The position numbers and the translations under genes were made by a program. A DNA stretch of 45,668 nucleotides. Origin: a virus. Its lineage: Duplodnaviria; Caudoviricetes. The notes below the pieces were generated by a model. That model was given only the letters and a program-made list of their open reading frames with translations. It made no database searches and was not told the origin of the DNA. This document shows, piece by piece, positions 1 to 9,382 of the stretch (positions within the stretch are counted from its first letter, which is position 1; each line of letters begins with the position of its first letter). The DNA lies in the IMG/VR virus record IMGVR_UViG_3300048998_000058, positions 1-45,668 of that record. One strand, 5' to 3'.

Positions 1-17
1 CAGCTGGAGCACAAGGT

Positions 18-338
18 ATGAAGGTGCGCAACGCATACGCCGTGCTGGGCTGCACAGCGGCCAGCGGCGACGAAGCCTTGCGCTTGGCCTACCGTCGACT
101 GTGCCGCGAGCACCACCCCGACAAGGGCGGCGACCCTGCGCAGTTCGCCCACGTGGTCGAAGCCTATGGGCAAGTAAAGGACGCCACCGCTCGGGCAAGG
201 TACGCCAACGTGCTGGCCTTACACGGCGTCATGTGCAAGCGGTGCCACGGTAGCGGGGTGCTTCGTCGCACCAAGTCGTTTACCCAGGTAATCGAGACTC
301 CGTGCGCAGATTGTGAGGGTCGGGGCTGGCGAATTTAA
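18..338 (+). CDS. Mini DnaJ-like protein (J-domain plus one CxxCxGxG zinc-finger pair)
   Basis: AYAVLG...AYRRL...HHPDKGG (HPD motif); C-terminal CKRCHGSG and CADCEGRG. Confidence 0.9.
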   Translation: MKVRNAYAVLGCTAASGDEALRLAYRRLCREHHPDKGGDPAQFAHVVEAYGQVKDATARARYANVLALHGVMCKRCHGSGVLRRTKSFTQVIETPCADCEGRGWRI

Positions 339-371
339 GCGGATGTATTTATGCCCGTGCGGTAGTACACT
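336..371 (+). promoter_or_regulatory. Putative phage promoter, copy 1 (ATGTAT-17-TACACT)
   Basis: 31/36 nt identical to 13788-13823; intergenic, begins at a stop codon, upstream of an RBS. Confidence 0.6.
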
Positions 372-402
372 GCGCGAACGAGCCTAACTGGGGAGCGAGC
401 CC

Positions 403-723
403 ATGACTTATTTGATCTTGTTATTGTTCTTTGTCCTAGCACTTACGCTGGAGACGTTTTACGGTCGGGCACTGCGCCGCGAACGACGTCACTGCAAAGA
501 AGTTGAGTTGCAACTGCGTTCAGCCATGAACGAATCGCTCGACGCGTGCAAGCACTTTGCCCTGAGCCTACGGTACATGCAGTCGAGCGATTATGCGTTG
601 GGTGCGCGCTTCGCAGCTTTGGGTGACGAAAACCTGAAGCTGTGCCTGCAGAAAATGCAGCAAGCCAACAACCTAATCCTCGAACACGCTGGCTTGCTGC
701 CCAAGGTAAAGGTGCAAGTATGA
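403..723 (+). CDS. Hypothetical membrane-anchored protein
   Basis: GGGAGCGAG RBS at 391; N-terminal hydrophobic helix. Confidence 0.7.
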   Translation: MTYLILLLFFVLALTLETFYGRALRRERRHCKEVELQLRSAMNESLDACKHFALSLRYMQSSDYALGARFAALGDENLKLCLQKMQQANNLILEHAGLLPKVKVQV

Positions 724-842
724 TCGCCGCGTGCCTGTTCGGCGGCTTGGCTTGCTTAATCATTATTTTCGTGGGCGTCAGCTACATCACCGAGCGCTTT
801 ATTCTGCGCTACTTAGACAAAATGTACGAAGGGGACAAGTAA
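720..842 (+). CDS. Small hypothetical membrane protein
   Basis: ATGA overlap with upstream gene; hydrophobic MIAACLFGGLACLIIIFVGV. Confidence 0.6.
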   Translation: MIAACLFGGLACLIIIFVGVSYITERFILRYLDKMYEGDK

Positions 843-1111
843 TGTCGAACGACGAAATGCCGACTGCGCGGATACTGACGCAAGAGGAACTTTACCAGCT
901 GCGCTTGTATAAGCGTCGGCGAGTCGAGCAGCTTAACAAGGCGCAGCACATCGCCGAGCACTACAGCGAAGGCGCAATGCAGCGCGGCAACACCATCCAC
1001 GAACGCCTGCTGCGCGATCTGTCGAACGTGCGCGCCAAGTACGGTTCGTGGCAACTGCGCCGGGCCATTCTTATCGCGCTGCTGATTAAGCGGCAGGGAG
1101 CAGCGAAATGA
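842..1111 (+). CDS. Hypothetical protein
   Basis: TAATG coupling to upstream stop; AAGGGG RBS. Confidence 0.65.
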   Translation: MSNDEMPTARILTQEELYQLRLYKRRRVEQLNKAQHIAEHYSEGAMQRGNTIHERLLRDLSNVRAKYGSWQLRRAILIALLIKRQGAAK

Positions 1112-1314
1112 TTCACACATTTACCCGGTACACGCCGAACGAGCCGGCCACCTACGAAAAGCGCAGCTGCCAGTCGTGGAACGGCCGCGTTATTTGGACT
1201 TGCCCGAAACTGAAGCACTTCCACGGGTTGTCTATCAGCGCCGTGGTCAACCACACCCGCGTCGAAGGCTTCGAGCCGCACGTGCGCGCTGAGCAGAATG
1301 GAGAGCAGCCGTGA
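1108..1314 (+). CDS. Hypothetical protein
   Basis: ATGA overlap, GGGAG RBS. Confidence 0.6.
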   Translation: MIHTFTRYTPNEPATYEKRSCQSWNGRVIWTCPKLKHFHGLSISAVVNHTRVEGFEPHVRAEQNGEQP

Positions 1315-1631
1315 AAGACCTCGAAATTTCAGTACCTAACCAGACCGTTGTGTGCGAAGCGGATGGCGTAGAAGGTGCGTTGCCCCCGGCCATGACCTTG
1401 TCGAACACGCTGGCGATGATGTTGTGCAAGGGTGGCATGCTGCGCATCTACCGCGACCAAGGCACCGGAGTGCAGTGCATCGTCGTACGCGAAACCGCCG
1501 CCAGCTCCGGCGTATCGACGTGGGGTAGTGTGCTGACCGGGGACACCAACTTCGAAACCTATGCCTCGATGCGCGACGCTTACAACGTGCGCAACAAACA
1601 GATTTACGACGAAGAAGGGGTGCGGTTCTAA
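1311..1631 (+). CDS. Hypothetical protein
   Basis: GTGA overlap, GGAG RBS. Confidence 0.65.
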   Translation: MKDLEISVPNQTVVCEADGVEGALPPAMTLSNTLAMMLCKGGMLRIYRDQGTGVQCIVVRETAASSGVSTWGSVLTGDTNFETYASMRDAYNVRNKQIYDEEGVRF

Positions 1632-2167
1632 TGGCACAGACCGGTGATCTATTTATGGTCGGCGACCCCGAAGCAATCGCCAAGCTCGAAGCCAGTCGCA
1701 CACGCTGGCACCTTCGGTTCATGGCGGTCGCTAAGCTCGTGGCGATATGGTCGAAAGACCCCAGCACCAAAGTAGGCGCGTGCATCGTCGACAGCGGCCT
1801 GCGCACCATCGTTGCCACGGGCTACAACGGCGTGCCTCGCTACATGCCCGACGACAACCTTGCCGACCGCCCCAGCAAGTACAGCCGTACGATCCACGCC
1901 GAGATGAACGCTATACTCGCCGCACCCCGCTTGCACGATACTGAACACGCCCTGTATGCCACATTCCCGATCTGCGACCGTTGCGCGGTGCATGCGATCC
2001 AGGCTGGCATCACGCACATCGTATGCGGCCCGTTCCCGTTCGACCATAATACGGAGTGCGGCATTACCGACGCAATGGCTAAGTGGATCGATGCTAACGA
2101 ACTGGCACAGGACTACTGCCGCGCTGCCGGCGTAACCTACACCACGTTGCACGACACCAAGGGCTGA
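1631..2167 (+). CDS. dCMP deaminase
   Basis: SKDPSTKVGA, TGYNG, HAEMNA and PICDRC zinc-deaminase motifs. Confidence 0.95.
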   Translation: MAQTGDLFMVGDPEAIAKLEASRTRWHLRFMAVAKLVAIWSKDPSTKVGACIVDSGLRTIVATGYNGVPRYMPDDNLADRPSKYSRTIHAEMNAILAAPRLHDTEHALYATFPICDRCAVHAIQAGITHIVCGPFPFDHNTECGITDAMAKWIDANELAQDYCRAAGVTYTTLHDTKG

Positions 2168-2168
2168 C

Positions 2169-2354
2169 ATGTTACCGACGACCAACCAGAACAAGAAGCG
2201 CCTGTTGTTCGCCGCACTGGCTTTGCTGGCGCGCGTAATGACCCACGAAGCCAACGGCTACGGCTGGGCTCCTGGCCCGCAACTCAGTACCTGGTTGACG
2301 TGGACGATTGTCATCGTTGCGTTTGCAGCGACCCACACGTTTGAGGAGAAATAA
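2169..2354 (+). CDS. Small hypothetical membrane protein
   Basis: Two hydrophobic segments; tight packing in operon. Confidence 0.6.
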   Translation: MLPTTNQNKKRLLFAALALLARVMTHEANGYGWAPGPQLSTWLTWTIVIVAFAATHTFEEK

Positions 2355-2355
2355 T

Positions 2356-2529
2356 ATGGAACTGCACCTGACAATACGCTGGTGGATCGTACCGGTGATT
2401 ATTATGATCATTGCGATCATCATGGCGTGGCTTACCGACAGCGACGACAGCGTGAACATTATGCCGATGATTTGTTTGATCGTAGGCATTCTGCTTTCGC
2501 TGGCCGTCGTGCTGGGGCACTACCTGTAA
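2356..2529 (+). CDS. Small two-TM membrane protein
   Basis: GAGGAG RBS; two strongly hydrophobic helices. Confidence 0.65.
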   Translation: MELHLTIRWWIVPVIIMIIAIIMAWLTDSDDSVNIMPMICLIVGILLSLAVVLGHYL

Positions 2530-2558
2530 CCAACCGCCAACAAATGAGGAGCGAACTC

Positions 2559-2870
2559 ATGGCAAGCAAGACGTTTGAACAGTGGCGCGACCAGCAGGGC
2601 TTCCCGGTCACGTCGACGCAGGAACCGATGTTCCGCCAGTGCTGGAACGATGCACAGGCAGCGAAGCACGTTCCGTCGGTTAGCCAGCGTGTGCCGCCGC
2701 GCGCCATCGTTGCGTTGGATTTGATGCCGTGGGCGTTGGTCGAAGCGCAATTGCAGATCGACGGCGGTATGTGGCCCAGCCAAAATCAGGGCGTGCTGCA
2801 AGTTGCCAGCATCCTCGCTTTCGCTGCGGCAAGAATCTTCCTTGCTGAAGCGGAGAGCTACAATGTCTAA
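2559..2870 (+). CDS. Hypothetical protein
   Basis: GAGGAGCGAA RBS; starts MASKTFEQW. Confidence 0.7.
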   Translation: MASKTFEQWRDQQGFPVTSTQEPMFRQCWNDAQAAKHVPSVSQRVPPRAIVALDLMPWALVEAQLQIDGGMWPSQNQGVLQVASILAFAAARIFLAEAESYNV

Positions 2871-3114
2871 CTCGCTTAACCCGAACCACCCCACCGTGCG
2901 CGCACTCGACGGACACTGGGACAAGATCTGCGCGTTGATCGTTAAAAAGGCTGGCGGTCACGTTGCCATTAGCGCAGCTGAGATAGAAGCCTTGGTCACA
3001 GGGCCGGAAATCGCAATGACAGTACAAGACCACGATGGCGTGCTGCACTTGCGCATCGTGCCGTTGGAACTGGGCCGGGCTATCGCCAAGCGTGAGGGAG
3101 GGTTGCCGTCGTGA
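2863..3114 (+). CDS. Hypothetical protein
   Basis: GGAG RBS, overlap with upstream stop. Confidence 0.7.
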   Translation: MSNSLNPNHPTVRALDGHWDKICALIVKKAGGHVAISAAEIEALVTGPEIAMTVQDHDGVLHLRIVPLELGRAIAKREGGLPS

Positions 3115-3506
3115 TTACTCCACAGCGACAGCTTGAGCTGGCCGCAGCCCTGCGCAGCATCGCCACGGCGCTTCGCCACACCTACCGCATGGGTCGCTAC
3201 CCCGACACGGTTGAACACATCGCCATCGAGCTGGAGGCTGACCACGCAGGGCTTGAAGTCGAAGAATACCGCGACCGCCAGAACCACGAACGCATGTTGC
3301 ACGAACACTTAGAGTCCCGCCAACTGCATCGACTGGTCGGCGAGCTTCGCGCTATCGGCAAATCTATTGGAGCACGCGTTGCGTTCTGGGAAGTAGTCTT
3401 CAACATCGAAACGCATTTAAAGGGTGGTAATTCGATGATGGGCCGTACCACTAGCGAGCTGATTGTGTACGCCGAACAGATGCTGAAGGATACCCGCCAT
3501 GGCTAG
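3111..3506 (+). CDS. Hypothetical protein
   Basis: GGAGG RBS, GTGA overlap. Confidence 0.65.
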   Translation: MITPQRQLELAAALRSIATALRHTYRMGRYPDTVEHIAIELEADHAGLEVEEYRDRQNHERMLHEHLESRQLHRLVGELRAIGKSIGARVAFWEVVFNIETHLKGGNSMMGRTTSELIVYAEQMLKDTRHG

Positions 3507-3690
3507 CCCACTTACAACCGAACTTGACAAGTTCAGTGTAGAAGATATAAAAGACTTCATGCTTGGGCTGGAAGACTCCGTCAGTCGCGACCACAGGTGG
3601 CACACCATTAAAGGCAGCGACACCATGGGCCGCGTTCACACTGCTCTTAAAGAATGGTTGAACCATGTCGAGGGTCGCGACAATGGCTAA
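3499..3690 (+). CDS. Hypothetical protein
   Basis: AAGGA RBS, overlapped operon packing. Confidence 0.6.
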   Translation: MASPLTTELDKFSVEDIKDFMLGLEDSVSRDHRWHTIKGSDTMGRVHTALKEWLNHVEGRDNG

Positions 3691-4090
3691 GCGCAAGCAG
3701 CAACAGTCGCAGATGGAAGTCGGCCCGGTCAAGTACACGGTCGAACGGTTCCTCAGCAGCGTAGAGCCAGCCACAGCGAAGTCGCTGCGTAAGGTGTGGC
3801 GCGAAGGCTTGCAGCTGGCCGCGTCGCGCGTACCGCCGCACGCCCTGCCTGCCGTCGTATTGCTTGCTACCTGGGCGCGCAGGAATGGAATCGAGCTGGT
3901 CGACGACTTCGACGAACTGTTGGCCGCAACGCAAACCGCGTTCGACGATGGCACAGTAATACACCACCCGGATCTATTCTTCGTGTCGTGCATTTTAATT
4001 CTGTATGCGCGCGACCAAGTGCCGACGCTGGGTGGCTTCGAGTCGATAGGCATACCCGCTATATACAACGACCTGATGGGAGAAGAGTGA
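3683..4090 (+). CDS. Hypothetical protein
   Basis: GAGG RBS, overlap with upstream gene. Confidence 0.65.
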   Translation: MAKRKQQQSQMEVGPVKYTVERFLSSVEPATAKSLRKVWREGLQLAASRVPPHALPAVVLLATWARRNGIELVDDFDELLAATQTAFDDGTVIHHPDLFFVSCILILYARDQVPTLGGFESIGIPAIYNDLMGEE

Positions 4091-4419
4091 TGGCGATGCT
4101 ACCCGCCAGTCGTAAGCCCGAACCGCGCCCACGCACTCGCAACAACCGTACGGCGATACCACTAGGCCCGCCTAAGACTTTGCGCGAACTTCGGTTGTGG
4201 CACTGGTTCAAGGCGCAGGCAATGCGCAAGCGCCAACAGCAAGAACTCAGCTGCATCGACTTGCTGAGCCCTGACCACACATATCGCTACTACAACAGGC
4301 GCGCAGCTAACTGGGCACGCATCGCCGAGTGGAACGAGTCGGCAGTGCATACCATGGATCCATTTATCGAAGGCAGCGTAGAAAACGACGCGCGAGCCAA
4401 GGGGTACACCAATGTCTAA
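4090..4419 (+). CDS. Hypothetical protein
   Basis: TGATG coupling; GGGAG RBS. Confidence 0.6.
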   Translation: MAMLPASRKPEPRPRTRNNRTAIPLGPPKTLRELRLWHWFKAQAMRKRQQQELSCIDLLSPDHTYRYYNRRAANWARIAEWNESAVHTMDPFIEGSVENDARAKGYTNV

Positions 4420-5305
4420 CGACTTTAAACCGATGCTCGCTGGCAAGGCACCTGCTGACCTGTCGACGCTTAGCTACCCTCGCGTATTGTCGCCCAAGCT
4501 CGACGGCATCCGCGCGGTGATACTGGGTGGTGTGGTATACAGCCGGAACCTGAAGCCGATCCCCAACAAGCATATTCAGCGCATGTTCGGCAATCGCAAG
4601 TACAACGGCCTGGACGGCGAGCTTATCGTGGGCGACCCGACGCATAAAGACTGTTACCGCAACACCATGTCCGTGGTCATGGCCGACGCCGCCACGCACG
4701 ACGAAATCCGCTTCTTCGTGTTCGACGACTTCAGCAAGCCGCTGCTGTCGTACATACAGCGCCGCAAGCTCGCGCAGACGAAGTTGTACCACATCAGCCA
4801 CATGCCCTTGTTGCAACAGCGTATGGCGAACAACGCGGAAGACGTTGTCGAGTACGAAGAATTCTGCCTGTTGGCTGGGTACGAAGGCGCAATGATTCGC
4901 TCGACTACCGGCCAGTACCGGTTCGGTCGGGCTACCGTGCGCACAGCCGAACTGTTGAAGTTAAAGCGCTTTGAAGACAGCGAAGCGCGCATCGTCGACA
5001 GCGAAGCGAAGGAGCACAACGGCAACGAGCAGCAGCGTGACGAGCTGGGGCGGTCGAAACGGTCGAGCCACAAGGCGGGCAAGGTTACGTTGAACACGCT
5101 GGGTACGCTCAGAGTGGTCGACGTACATACGGGCGAAGCCTTCGGCTTGGGTACTGGGTTTAGCGATGCTCAGAGGGCCGAGCTTTGGTCGCGTCGAGCG
5201 ACACTACCTGGGCTTATTGTCAAGTACAAATACTTCCCGATGGGTAACAAGGCGGCACCGCGATTCCCTGTATTCTTAGGGTTTCGCGACGTAATCGATT
5301 GCTGA
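4412..5305 (+). CDS. lig: ATP-dependent DNA ligase (minimal, Chlorella-virus type)
   Basis: KPMLA, SPKLDGIR (motif I), LDGEL, FFVFD, YEGAMIR, LLKLK, GTGFSD, PRFPVFLGFR. Confidence 0.95.
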   Translation: MSNDFKPMLAGKAPADLSTLSYPRVLSPKLDGIRAVILGGVVYSRNLKPIPNKHIQRMFGNRKYNGLDGELIVGDPTHKDCYRNTMSVVMADAATHDEIRFFVFDDFSKPLLSYIQRRKLAQTKLYHISHMPLLQQRMANNAEDVVEYEEFCLLAGYEGAMIRSTTGQYRFGRATVRTAELLKLKRFEDSEARIVDSEAKEHNGNEQQRDELGRSKRSSHKAGKVTLNTLGTLRVVDVHTGEAFGLGTGFSDAQRAELWSRRATLPGLIVKYKYFPMGNKAAPRFPVFLGFRDVIDC

Positions 5306-5334
5306 CGTAATTGCCCGCGTGCAGTGTTACTATG
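5306..5334 (+). promoter_or_regulatory. Putative promoter of the same class as 336 and 13788 (ACGTAA-17-TACTAT)
   Basis: Same hexamer spacing and similar upstream hexamer; intergenic before 5377. Confidence 0.45.
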
Positions 5335-5376
5335 CACGGGCACCAAAACACCAACCACCAAATGAGGAGCGAACTC

Positions 5377-5895
5377 ATGCCAGCAGTAAAGAAAGCCGTC
5401 GCCAAAGTCGCGACGAAAAAGGCAGCAGTAAAGACGTCCAAAGTAAAGATCGCCTCACCCTTCGATGGCGGCACGCCGGTAGCCAAGGCCGCCAAGCCGG
5501 GCAAGGAACCGAAAGCTGCAAAGTTCCCCAAGTCGTTGGGCGCGTGCGTCGACCTGTACAAAGCGCTGCAAGAAAAGCGCCTCGCAGCACAGAAGCTGAT
5601 CGAGCCGTTGGCAAAGCAAGAAGCCCTGTTGAAAGCCCACATTATCGACCAGCTGCCGAAGTCGCAGTTGGGTGGGGTCGCCGGCCAGAACTATCGCGGC
5701 GAAATCAAAAAGAAGCAGATCCCTCAGGTCAAGGACTGGGGCAAGCTGCAAGCCTACATTAAGAAGTCCGGCAAGTTCGAATTATTGGGCCGTTCGATTA
5801 ACGCAGCCGCAGTCGCCGAGCTGTGGGACGCAAAGAAAAAAGTTCCTGGTGTCGAAGCCTTTGAGGCGATTAGTCTCAGCGTCACCAAGCTGTAA
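5377..5895 (+). CDS. Conserved phage replication-module protein with Lys/Ala-rich N-terminal tail
   Basis: GAGGAGCGAA RBS; coiled-coil followed by VKDW...VPGVE motif. Confidence 0.75.
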   Translation: MPAVKKAVAKVATKKAAVKTSKVKIASPFDGGTPVAKAAKPGKEPKAAKFPKSLGACVDLYKALQEKRLAAQKLIEPLAKQEALLKAHIIDQLPKSQLGGVAGQNYRGEIKKKQIPQVKDWGKLQAYIKKSGKFELLGRSINAAAVAELWDAKKKVPGVEAFEAISLSVTKL

Positions 5896-5990
5896 GACGG
5901 CGCGTACTCCGAGCGCTTTCCCCAACGTATCGCCCTGCGCGTTGCCGTCGAAAGGCGGGGCACCTTACCCACGAAACCAACTGGAGAACA

Positions 5991-6275
5991 ATGATGGATG
6001 AATCCCTCGAATCGAAGATCGAAGCTGTGTTCACCAAGCTCAAAGCCAAGCTGCACGAACTGTTCGCGGCGCACAGCACCAAGCCCGAACACATCGAGCA
6101 GGTTGTGACCGCTGCCCACGTCGAAGCGGCGACCGTTGCTGCCGATGCCGTGGCCGCAGCCCCGACGACCACCAGCGGCAAGCAGGACGCCAGCGTGGCC
6201 GGCACCGCAGCCCCGGTCGAGCAGGACGAAACGTTGAACGGCGCAAGCGAGCCGCAGAAGTCGGACAACGCGTAA
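5991..6275 (+). CDS. Hypothetical low-complexity protein
   Basis: GGAG RBS; Ala/Thr-rich. Confidence 0.65.
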   Translation: MMDESLESKIEAVFTKLKAKLHELFAAHSTKPEHIEQVVTAAHVEAATVAADAVAAAPTTTSGKQDASVAGTAAPVEQDETLNGASEPQKSDNA

Positions 6276-6288
6276 TACCGCAACACGC

Positions 6289-6348
6289 ACTGACTAAGTC
6301 GCTAAGCTACTAAGTCACTAAACCCCAAGCAACTAAGGACTGAACCCC
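6289..6348 (+). repeat. Degenerate ACTAAG/CTAAG tandem repeats in leader of SSB-like gene
   Basis: actgactaagtcgctaagctactaagtcactaaaccccaagcaactaaggactgaa. Confidence 0.65.
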
Positions 6349-7188
6349 ATGGCAACACGTAAAACCGCAGTAGCCAAACCCGCGCCCAACAAAAAGCCGG
6401 GCAAGGCAATGGTCAACTGGGAAGCCGAGCTTGCCGCACAGGCAGACATCGCCGTAGCCACCGAGGCCAACGTCGGCGCGGGCGGCAACTACTTCAGCTT
6501 GAAGGGCGGGCAGCTGTCGTTCAACGATGCTCCGGTGCCGGGCAACGAGATGACCGTGGTGATTCTCGACCACATCATTGAAAACGTGTACTACCTCGAC
6601 AGCTACGACCCGGACGACAAGCAGCCGCCCGCTGCCTACGCACTGGGTCGTGATGAAGAAACGATCCGCTGGCACGAAGACAGCATCGAGGAATACGCCG
6701 GCGAGCTGTGCAAGGACTCGGACATCAACCAGTTCGGCAGCGCCGACAAGGGCAAGGGCAAGGCGTGCAAGAACAAGCGTCGCCTCGCGCTCATCGCCGA
6801 AGGTGATCTGCAAGACGTCGCCAACGCCGAGCCTGCGTTCCTGAAAATCCCCACCACGAGCGTCAAGGGTTGGGCGAGCTACGTCAAGCAGCTGGCCGAG
6901 ACCCTGAAGCGCCCGCCGCTGGGCGTTATCACGCGGATCAAAGTTGTGCCCGATCCGAAGACGCAGTTCAAGGTCCAGTTCACGCTGGAGGAGTCGATCA
7001 GCGACGGCGATGTTATCGGCGCGCTGATGGAGAAGAAGGCCACCGTACAGACGGCCTTGTTCGCCGAGTTCGCCAAAGCGGAGGAAGCACCACCCACCCC
7101 GGCACGTCGTGGCAAGGCTGGCCCTGTGCGCAACAGCAAGGCCACTGGCAAGGCGGCAACCAAGGCCCCGTTGAAGGGTCGCCGTTAA
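6349..7188 (+). CDS. Putative single-stranded DNA-binding/annealing protein
   Basis: Position upstream of DNA polymerase; YY...YDP, NQFGS, KGKACK, LKIPTTS motifs typical of phage SSB-like proteins; followed by a terminator. Confidence 0.7.
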   Translation: MATRKTAVAKPAPNKKPGKAMVNWEAELAAQADIAVATEANVGAGGNYFSLKGGQLSFNDAPVPGNEMTVVILDHIIENVYYLDSYDPDDKQPPAAYALGRDEETIRWHEDSIEEYAGELCKDSDINQFGSADKGKGKACKNKRRLALIAEGDLQDVANAEPAFLKIPTTSVKGWASYVKQLAETLKRPPLGVITRIKVVPDPKTQFKVQFTLEESISDGDVIGALMEKKATVQTALFAEFAKAEEAPPTPARRGKAGPVRNSKATGKAATKAPLKGRR

Positions 7189-7204
7189 CTCGTAAGTAAG
7201 CACC

Positions 7205-7240
7205 AGGTAGCGGAGTAGAAATGCTCCGCTACCTCTTTTT
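7205..7240 (+). terminator. Rho-independent terminator
   Basis: AGGTAGCGGAG/CTCCGCTACCT stem, GAAA loop, T-tract. Confidence 0.85.
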
Positions 7241-7258
7241 AAACTACAGGAGCACACC

Positions 7259-7462
7259 GTGGCATTGCAGATCGACACAACCGCAGACCTTACCAGCTGG
7301 CGCGTAATGAACAAGAAGCTTTCGACGTACGACGAAGCCCAGTGCAAGGCGCTTCTTGCCGCTGAGCAGGCGGGCGAGCGTCGCGTGCCGTTCCTCAACC
7401 GTATTTACGGTCGCTACGCCACGCTGCGAGCCAAGCGCGAACGCGCCGAGCTGGCTAAGTAA
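7259..7462 (+). CDS. Hypothetical protein
   Basis: AGGAG RBS, GTG start. Confidence 0.7.
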   Translation: MALQIDTTADLTSWRVMNKKLSTYDEAQCKALLAAEQAGERRVPFLNRIYGRYATLRAKRERAELAK

Positions 7463-7486
7463 TCGTTGCATTAAAAGGAGCGAACC

Positions 7487-9382
7487 GTGGGCAAGTTCAA
7501 AGTACCAGATGTTATCACGCTCGACTTCGAGACCAAGGGTATCGAGCGTCGGCCGGACTACCCGCCCAAGCCGGTCGGCGTGTCGATTATGTATCCCGGC
7601 GAGCGCAAGCCGGTGTACTACGGTTGGGGTCACCCCACCGGCAACAACTGCACGCAGGCCGAAGGCCACAAGCAGGTACAGAAAGCGTTCAAAGCTGGTG
7701 TGCCGATTCTGTTCCAAAACGGCAAGTTCGATATTGACGTGGCCGAAGTGCACTGCGCTGTCAAGCGGCTCGACTGGCGCATGTACCACGACACGTTGTT
7801 CCTCATTTTCTTGTACGACCCGCACGCATTGACGTTTAGCTTAAAGCCCAGCGCTGAGCGCATCCTGGGTATGAAGCCGGAAGAACAAGATCGTGTAAAG
7901 GACTGGGTGCTGGCCCACAAGCGCGAGATCGAGCACAAGGTCGGCACGACGTTCAAGCCTAGCGAGTGGGGCGCGTATATCTGCGAAGCGCCGGGCGGTA
8001 TCGTTGGCCCCTACGCCAACGGCGACGTCACGCGCACGTACAAACTGTTCAAGCACCTGCTGCCGATTATCCACGAACAGGGCATGCTGGCCGCGTACGA
8101 CCGCGAACGCCAGGTCATGCCAATCTTTATGAACAACGAAGCCGAAGGCATGCGCATTGACGTGCCGGGGCTTGAGCGCGATACGTCGGCTTATACCAAG
8201 CAGCTGAACCGCGTCGACGATTGGTTGCGAAAGTCGCTGAAGACGCCGGGCCTAAACATCGATAGTGACCACGAGATGGCGAAGGCGCTAAAGTCGTCGG
8301 GCGTGGTGACCGAGTTCGTGCAAACGGCAACCGGTAAGGACAGCGTCAGCAAGAAGAACCTGACCCTCGACATGTTCAACGACAAGCGCGTGGCCCACGC
8401 CTACGGTTACCGCAACCGGCTGGCAACGTGCCTGCGCATGTTTATGACCCGTTGGCTGGAGATCGGTTCGCGCACCGGCACGATCCACACGAACTGGAAT
8501 CAGGTTCGCCAGTCGAACAGCGGCGGCAACAACGGCACGCGCACCGGGCGACCCAGCACGAGCGACCCGAACTTCCTCAACCTGTCGAAAACGTGGTACG
8601 ACAAGAACGACGGTTACGCACACCCTAAGCACTTGTCGAACCTGCCTGAGTTGCCGCTGGTGCGCCAGTACATTCTCCCCGACAAGGGCGGTGTGTTCCT
8701 CCATCGAGATTACAATCAGCAGGAGTTGCGCCTGCTCGCCCACTTCGAAGACGACAAGCTGCGAGCTGCGTACACAGCCAACCCGATGATGGACATCCAC
8801 CAGTTCGTCGTCGATATGATCGCTGACATCATGGGCCTTACCTTGCAGCGCCGTGCGGCTAAGGTCGTTAACTTCGGCTTGATTTACGGCATGGGGTTAG
8901 GTAAGCTGGCTGAAGACATGGACGTCGATGTACAGACGGCTAAAAAGATCAAGGCAGCTCAGCTGAATGCAATACCTGGCTTAAAGGATTTGCAGGACGA
9001 TATCAAGTCGAACGCGAAGGCTGGCGGCTTTATCAAAACGTGGGGCGGGCGGTTGTACTACCCCGAACCGCCGAAGATGATTCACGGCCACATGGTTGAC
9101 TTTATTTACAAGCTGCTGAACTACTTGATTCAAGGTAGCGCGGCAGACTTTACGAAGGAGGCAATCATTCGCTACGACGCGGCCAAGGTCGACAGCCGAT
9201 TCATGGTCACCGTGTACGACGAAATCAACATCAGCTCGCCGAAGGGCGCAGTCAAACGCGAAATGAAGATTCTGCAAGAAGCAATGGAAGGTATCGAGGG
9301 CGTCGACGTGCCGATGATCAGTGATGGCAAGTTCGGCAACAACTGGGGCGCACTGGCCGCGTATAAGGATGCAAGACGATGA
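7487..9382 (+). CDS. polA: Family A DNA polymerase (3'-5' exonuclease plus polymerase)
   Basis: ExoI LDFET, ExoII NGKFD, ExoIII YANGD; TRTGRPS; motif A DYNQQELR, B RRAAKVVNFGLIYG, C TVYDEI. Confidence 0.97.
   Translation: MGKFKVPDVITLDFETKGIERRPDYPPKPVGVSIMYPGERKPVYYGWGHPTGNNCTQAEGHKQVQKAFKAGVPILFQNGKFDIDVAEVHCAVKRLDWRMYHDTLFLIFLYDPHALTFSLKPSAERILGMKPEEQDRVKDWVLAHKREIEHKVGTTFKPSEWGAYICEAPGGIVGPYANGDVTRTYKLFKHLLPIIHEQGMLAAYDRERQVMPIFMNNEAEGMRIDVPGLERDTSAYTKQLNRVDDWLRKSLKTPGLNIDSDHEMAKALKSSGVVTEFVQTATGKDSVSKKNLTLDMFNDKRVAHAYGYRNRLATCLRMFMTRWLEIGSRTGTIHTNWNQVRQSNSGGNNGTRTGRPSTSDPNFLNLSKTWYDKNDGYAHPKHLSNLPELPLVRQYILPDKGGVFLHRDYNQQELRLLAHFEDDKLRAAYTANPMMDIHQFVVDMIADIMGLTLQRRAAKVVNFGLIYGMGLGKLAEDMDVDVQTAKKIKAAQLNAIPGLKDLQDDIKSNAKAGGFIKTWGGRLYYPEPPKMIHGHMVDFIYKLLNYLIQGSAADFTKEAIIRYDAAKVDSRFMVTVYDEINISSPKGAVKREMKILQEAMEGIEGVDVPMISDGKFGNNWGALAAYKDARR

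Noticed and set aside
6310-7398. 362-aa - strand ORF
   Set aside because: Antisense to the SSB-like gene and crosses its terminator
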